Shown here piece after piece: positions 7,959 to 11,549 of a stretch of DNA of 11,549 nucleotides (its first letter is position 1; each line of letters begins with the position of its first letter). Source of the DNA: Candidatus Hodarchaeota archaeon (GTDB lineage Archaea > Asgardarchaeota > Heimdallarchaeia > Hodarchaeales > Hodarchaeaceae); the NCBI GenBank assembly GCA_016839815.1, contig JAEOTM010000106.1, positions 1 through 11,549 of the forward strand, in the 5' to 3' direction. Under the pieces are notes generated by a model that saw only the letters and a list, made by a program, of their open reading frames with translations, had not been told where the DNA came from and ran no database searches. A program made the translations under genes and the position numbers.

Positions 7959-7983
7959 TTTATAAGGAATATCACAATGTGAT
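7959..7983 (+). promoter_or_regulatory. Putative TATA box and operator of the dehydrogenase gene
   Basis: TTTATAAG at 7959-7966, followed 4 nt later by the palindrome ATCACA-A-TGTGAT at 7971-7983; ATG is at 8041. Confidence 0.5.
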
Positions 7984-8040
7984 GATGAATTTAATTAAAT
8001 GTAATTACGTTAATTTTCAGCAGGAAGTTGGGTCGTAGAA

Positions 8041-11010
8041 ATGAGTAACAGTAATGTAAAACCTGATTTTATCAAACAAAAGCTTAAAGGAAGAATTAAA
8101 GGCGAGATAGCAGTAGATGAAATAAGTCGGTACTTCTATTCGACCGATGCAAGTGTCTATCGTATTATGCCGACAGCAGTTGTATTTCCAAAGGATAAGG
8201 AAGATGTCAAGGAAGTAGTCAAATTCGCTAAGCAACATGGGATCTCGATACATGCTCGTGGCGCTGGTTCAGGATTGGGTGGGGCAAGTCTGGGACCTGG
8301 AATAATTCTTGCATTTCGACGGTATATGAATGAAATCATCGAAATAAATGAAAAGAACTCAACTACAATAGTTCAACCAGGGGTAATCTGTGGAATTCTT
8401 AATCAGAAACTCGCTAAGATAGGAAAAATATTATACGTTGATAATAGCTCTGAAAATTATGCCTCCATAGGCGGAATGATAGGGACTAATTCTTCGGGAG
8501 CGCATGCAGTAAAATATGGGTATATGGCCGATTTCGTGCAAGAATTAACCGTTATCTTGAGTAATGGAGAAGAGATTCAGGCAAGACCTGTTGAAATAGG
8601 TTCAACTGAATATAATGAAATAATTTCAAGAGATACGCTAGAAGCGAAGCTGTATCAATTCACAGTTGATTTAGTTAACAATCCTGATACTCAATCACTA
8701 ATATCTGATCATTGGCCCAAAGTTAAAATGAATGTAAGCGGGTATAATCTCAAGGATGTTATTAAAGATAATAAAATTGACTTATCACGATTATTTTTAG
8801 GTTCAGAAGGTACTTTAGGCATCGTAGTCGAGGCCAAGATTAAATATATACCTAAACCTAAGCAAATGACTCTTGTGGTCATGGATTTTGATTCCTTAGC
8901 AAAATCAGGACGAGCTGTTGATTTATTGGTCAATAAAGTAGGAGTTGCTGCGATCGAACAATTGGGTAAATCTGTACTTGAAATTGCTGTTGATATGAAT
9001 CCAGCACTAAAAGAATTCATACCTACGGGAGTAGACAATATACTTTACGTTGAGTTCGACGATGCTGATCCGGCAGTTCGAGCAGAGAAAGTTAAGAAAG
9101 CACGAGAATTGATAATTGACCAAGAACATTTAGCCTCCGATATGCGCTTCTCTGATGATCCTGTAGAGCAAGCTAGCCTATGGAAAGTACGAAAAGATGC
9201 AGTTCCACTTCTCAATAAAGTACGAGAACCTCGTCGTATCATGGCATTCGTTGAGGATCAGACAGTGCCTCTTGATCAATTAGGAAACTACATGGTTCAT
9301 CTTCGTGAAGAAGTATTTCCGAAATATGGACTACGAGCCGCAATTTATGGGCATGCAGCCAAAGGACTTGTTCACACTCGTCCATTCGTTAATACAAAAG
9401 ATGGTGGTGACCTCGAATTAATAAAAAAGGTTGCAGATGAAGTGAATTCATACGTTATTGGTATTGGTGGCGCAATTTCCGGAGAACATAACGATGGATT
9501 AGATAGAGTCAATTATATCAAGCAAATGTATGGTGAAGCGGTTTACGAGAAATTTAGAGAGTTAAAAGAAATTTATGATCCTGATGTAACCTTTAACCCA
9601 GATAATAAGATTACTGATAAAGAAGATCTTTTAATAAGTAATCTTCGGTTTGGAACAGAATATTCCGTCATTCCAGGTTTAGAGAAGAATCTAGTTTGGG
9701 ATGATAAGTGGGGCTTTGAGGAAGTAATTGAATCCTGTCACGGATGTGGAAAATGCACAGTTGACCTTTTACCTCAGCGTGATTGTCCGATTTACCGTGC
9801 TAAACAAACAACGACGGGTGAACTTGCTTCTCCACGCGCTCGGGCAAATCTGATGCGAGGTATAATCTCTGGGCAATTAGATTACAACATATTCTATTCC
9901 AGAGAAGCCCGACAGGTTCTGGAGGACTGTGCAGGATGTATGATGTGTAATATTGATTGTCCTTCAACAGTGAATATTCCCAAAGTGATGTTTGATGCAA
10001 AGATTATGCATTATGGAGGATCTAAATGGCCCTTTATTGGTAAAATCCCCAGAGGCCATTTCTTTACAGGGAATTACGAAATGATCGCAAAAGTAGGTAG
10101 TGCTTTTTCCCCATTAACAAATATTGGACTTTGGGGACCCAACAAGTACTTAATGCAAATTTTTGGTGGTGTTCATCACAAGGCCAACTTCCCTAACTTT
10201 AAACGGAATACTTTTCAGAAGTGGTTCAAAAAACATTCAAAGAATAATCCTACGCCGACCAATCCCACCAAAAAGGTAGCGATCTTCCATGGATGCTTTG
10301 CTAATTATACGGAAAATCGGGATATTGCTGTTGCTCATGTTCAGGTCTTAGAAAAGAATGGAATTGAAGTGGTTGTACCCAAAGGTCAGAACTGTTGTGG
10401 TATCCCTATGCTTTCGAATGGTCTGGGTCATATCGCTAAAAAGAAAGGAGAAAAAAATACACGAATCTTTGCGGAATATGTAAAGCAAGGGTATGATGTG
10501 GTTACTCAATGCAGTTCCTGCTATGCCACGTTGAAAGATGAATTACATGAAACATTAGTGGGAAATGAAGAATCGAAGCTTGTGAAAGATAATACCTACT
10601 TATTTACTGATTATATTCTGAAATTAAAAGACGAAGGCAAGCTGAATACTGACTTTAATGGAAACATGAAGAAAGGTTTACGCCTAGGTTATCACGAACC
10701 TTGTCACCTTATCAGCAGTGGTATCAAGGGAACATCTGTAAAAATGCTACAAAGCTTAGGTACAGTCAATGTTGAACCCCTTAAGACAGAATGTTGCGGA
10801 CAATTAGGTAGCTGGGGTTTTAAAACTAAGAATTACAAATACGGCCAAATAATTGCCGAAAGATCACTGTATCCTGAAGCAAAACGTGATGATATTGATG
10901 CTCTAGTTACAGATTGTCCTACCTGCAAATTACAACTTCAAAATGTGAATAAGGAGATCTATCATCCCACACAAGTTCTTCGCGATGCTTATGGTTTAGA
11001 TCGAACATAA
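8041..11010 (+). CDS. FAD-linked, Fe-S and CCG-domain oxidoreductase (fused GlcD-GlcF/YdiJ type); probable D-2-hydroxy-acid (D-lactate/glycolate/D-2-hydroxyglutarate) dehydrogenase
   Basis: FAD motifs RGAGSGLGG and GSEGTLGIV; active-site WKVR, GHAAKGLVH (H438, H445) and GEH (E482, H483); ferredoxin motifs CHGCGKC..CP (from C566) and CAGCMMCNIDCP (from C630); two CCG domains (HGC..CCG..CSSC; HEPCH..CCG..CPTC). Confidence 0.92.
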   Translation: MSNSNVKPDFIKQKLKGRIKGEIAVDEISRYFYSTDASVYRIMPTAVVFPKDKEDVKEVVKFAKQHGISIHARGAGSGLGGASLGPGIILAFRRYMNEIIEINEKNSTTIVQPGVICGILNQKLAKIGKILYVDNSSENYASIGGMIGTNSSGAHAVKYGYMADFVQELTVILSNGEEIQARPVEIGSTEYNEIISRDTLEAKLYQFTVDLVNNPDTQSLISDHWPKVKMNVSGYNLKDVIKDNKIDLSRLFLGSEGTLGIVVEAKIKYIPKPKQMTLVVMDFDSLAKSGRAVDLLVNKVGVAAIEQLGKSVLEIAVDMNPALKEFIPTGVDNILYVEFDDADPAVRAEKVKKARELIIDQEHLASDMRFSDDPVEQASLWKVRKDAVPLLNKVREPRRIMAFVEDQTVPLDQLGNYMVHLREEVFPKYGLRAAIYGHAAKGLVHTRPFVNTKDGGDLELIKKVADEVNSYVIGIGGAISGEHNDGLDRVNYIKQMYGEAVYEKFRELKEIYDPDVTFNPDNKITDKEDLLISNLRFGTEYSVIPGLEKNLVWDDKWGFEEVIESCHGCGKCTVDLLPQRDCPIYRAKQTTTGELASPRARANLMRGIISGQLDYNIFYSREARQVLEDCAGCMMCNIDCPSTVNIPKVMFDAKIMHYGGSKWPFIGKIPRGHFFTGNYEMIAKVGSAFSPLTNIGLWGPNKYLMQIFGGVHHKANFPNFKRNTFQKWFKKHSKNNPTPTNPTKKVAIFHGCFANYTENRDIAVAHVQVLEKNGIEVVVPKGQNCCGIPMLSNGLGHIAKKKGEKNTRIFAEYVKQGYDVVTQCSSCYATLKDELHETLVGNEESKLVKDNTYLFTDYILKLKDEGKLNTDFNGNMKKGLRLGYHEPCHLISSGIKGTSVKMLQSLGTVNVEPLKTECCGQLGSWGFKTKNYKYGQIIAERSLYPEAKRDDIDALVTDCPTCKLQLQNVNKEIYHPTQVLRDAYGLDRT

Positions 11011-11013
11011 AAA

Positions 11014-11066
11014 GGAAATTGTGATGGAGACCCCTCTCTTCTCTATCACAGTTTCTAAGTTTTTTT
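11014..11066 (+). terminator. Long stem-loop plus T7 tract after the dehydrogenase gene
   Basis: 11014-11030 pairs with 11040-11056 (17 bp, 3 G-U pairs, 9-nt pyrimidine loop), followed by AAG and T7 at 11060-11066. Confidence 0.7.
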
Positions 11067-11156
11067 AGTTATTCTTATCCTTGTGTTTACGTCTGATTCC
11101 TCCTAACCATACAACTATTCCAACAAACCCTAAAAGTGGGAATAAAGGATCGATTG

Positions 11157-11549
11157 ATGCCTGTTCTGGAGGTTTTGGAACATATCAATATCCAGATGCT
11201 ACAGAAGGATATTCGTACTACACAGGAAGAGATCGGTAAAAAACTCGGTTTATCCCGACCAGCAATCCAAAAACGGATAAAAAGTTTACAGGAAAGAGGA
11301 ATTATCAAATATACTCTTCAAGTAGATGAAGGAAAATTAGGTAAGCAAATTACAGCATTTATATCGGTGATACTAAGACGAGCTGGCCGAGTATGGAATT
11401 TTACTTATGAAGAACTCCTGAATCGAATGGAAGAACTGGAGATCCATGAATTTCATCATGTAACTGGTTCAGAGGATGTGATTCTGAAGATGAAAACTCG
11501 TAATATCGATACTCTTGAAGCAAATCTCATGAAGATTACACGGATGAAT
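11157..11549 (+). CDS. Lrp/AsnC family transcriptional regulator; partial, runs off the window end
   Basis: Manual translation MPVLEVLEHINIQMLQKDIRTTQEEIGKKLGLSRPAIQKRIKSLQERGIIKYTLQVDEGKLG...HHVTGSEDVILKMKTRNIDTLE shows the AsnC-type HTH and the RAM-domain VTGxxD motif. AAAGGA at 11144-11149. An alternative in-frame GTG is at 11136. Confidence 0.92.
   Translation, partial: MPVLEVLEHINIQMLQKDIRTTQEEIGKKLGLSRPAIQKRIKSLQERGIIKYTLQVDEGKLGKQITAFISVILRRAGRVWNFTYEELLNRMEELEIHEFHHVTGSEDVILKMKTRNIDTLEANLMKITRMN

Noticed and set aside
7571-8040. CRISPR array, tRNA or MITE in the long intergenic region
   Set aside because: No regularly spaced repeats, cloverleaf, terminal inverted repeats or target-site duplication were seen.
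11014-11056. SECIS element in the 3' UTR of the oxidoreductase
   Set aside because: The upstream gene has no in-frame TGA and ends in TAA; the stem lacks a tandem GA/GA core and unpaired apical adenines.
6610-11308. Short ORFs 6610-6813, 6840-7031, 8017-8253, 8157-8339, 8709-9038, 9045-9242, 9800-10000, 11087-11308
   Set aside because: All are out-of-frame or antisense overlaps of strongly supported genes.

Overview
Gene-dense, AT-rich prokaryotic window. It is probably archaeal and possibly Asgard; this is an inference from TATA-like boxes, oligo-T tracts, a GGTGA ribosome-binding site, an Lrp/AsnC regulator and a eukaryote-like CNDP2/Dug1 peptidase. Order of features: (1) the end of a MacB/FtsX-type ABC operon with a truncated permease, a normal ATPase and a second ATPase carrying an unexplained ~385-aa N-terminal domain; (2) an M20 dipeptidase; (3) two tandem, ~50% identical paralogous small proteins of unknown family; (4) a convergent family I CoA-transferase fused to a Pat-type GNAT acetyltransferase; (5) a 470-bp divergent control region rich in palindromes; (6) a fused FAD/Fe-S/CCG D-2-hydroxy-acid dehydrogenase (GlcD-GlcF/YdiJ type) followed by a 17-bp hairpin; (7) a partial Lrp/AsnC regulator missing from the ORF track. 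The best candidates for something undescribed are the ATPase fusion domain, the tandem small-protein pair, and a possible 2-hydroxy-acid-linked acylation module. No CRISPR array, RNA gene or mobile element was seen.
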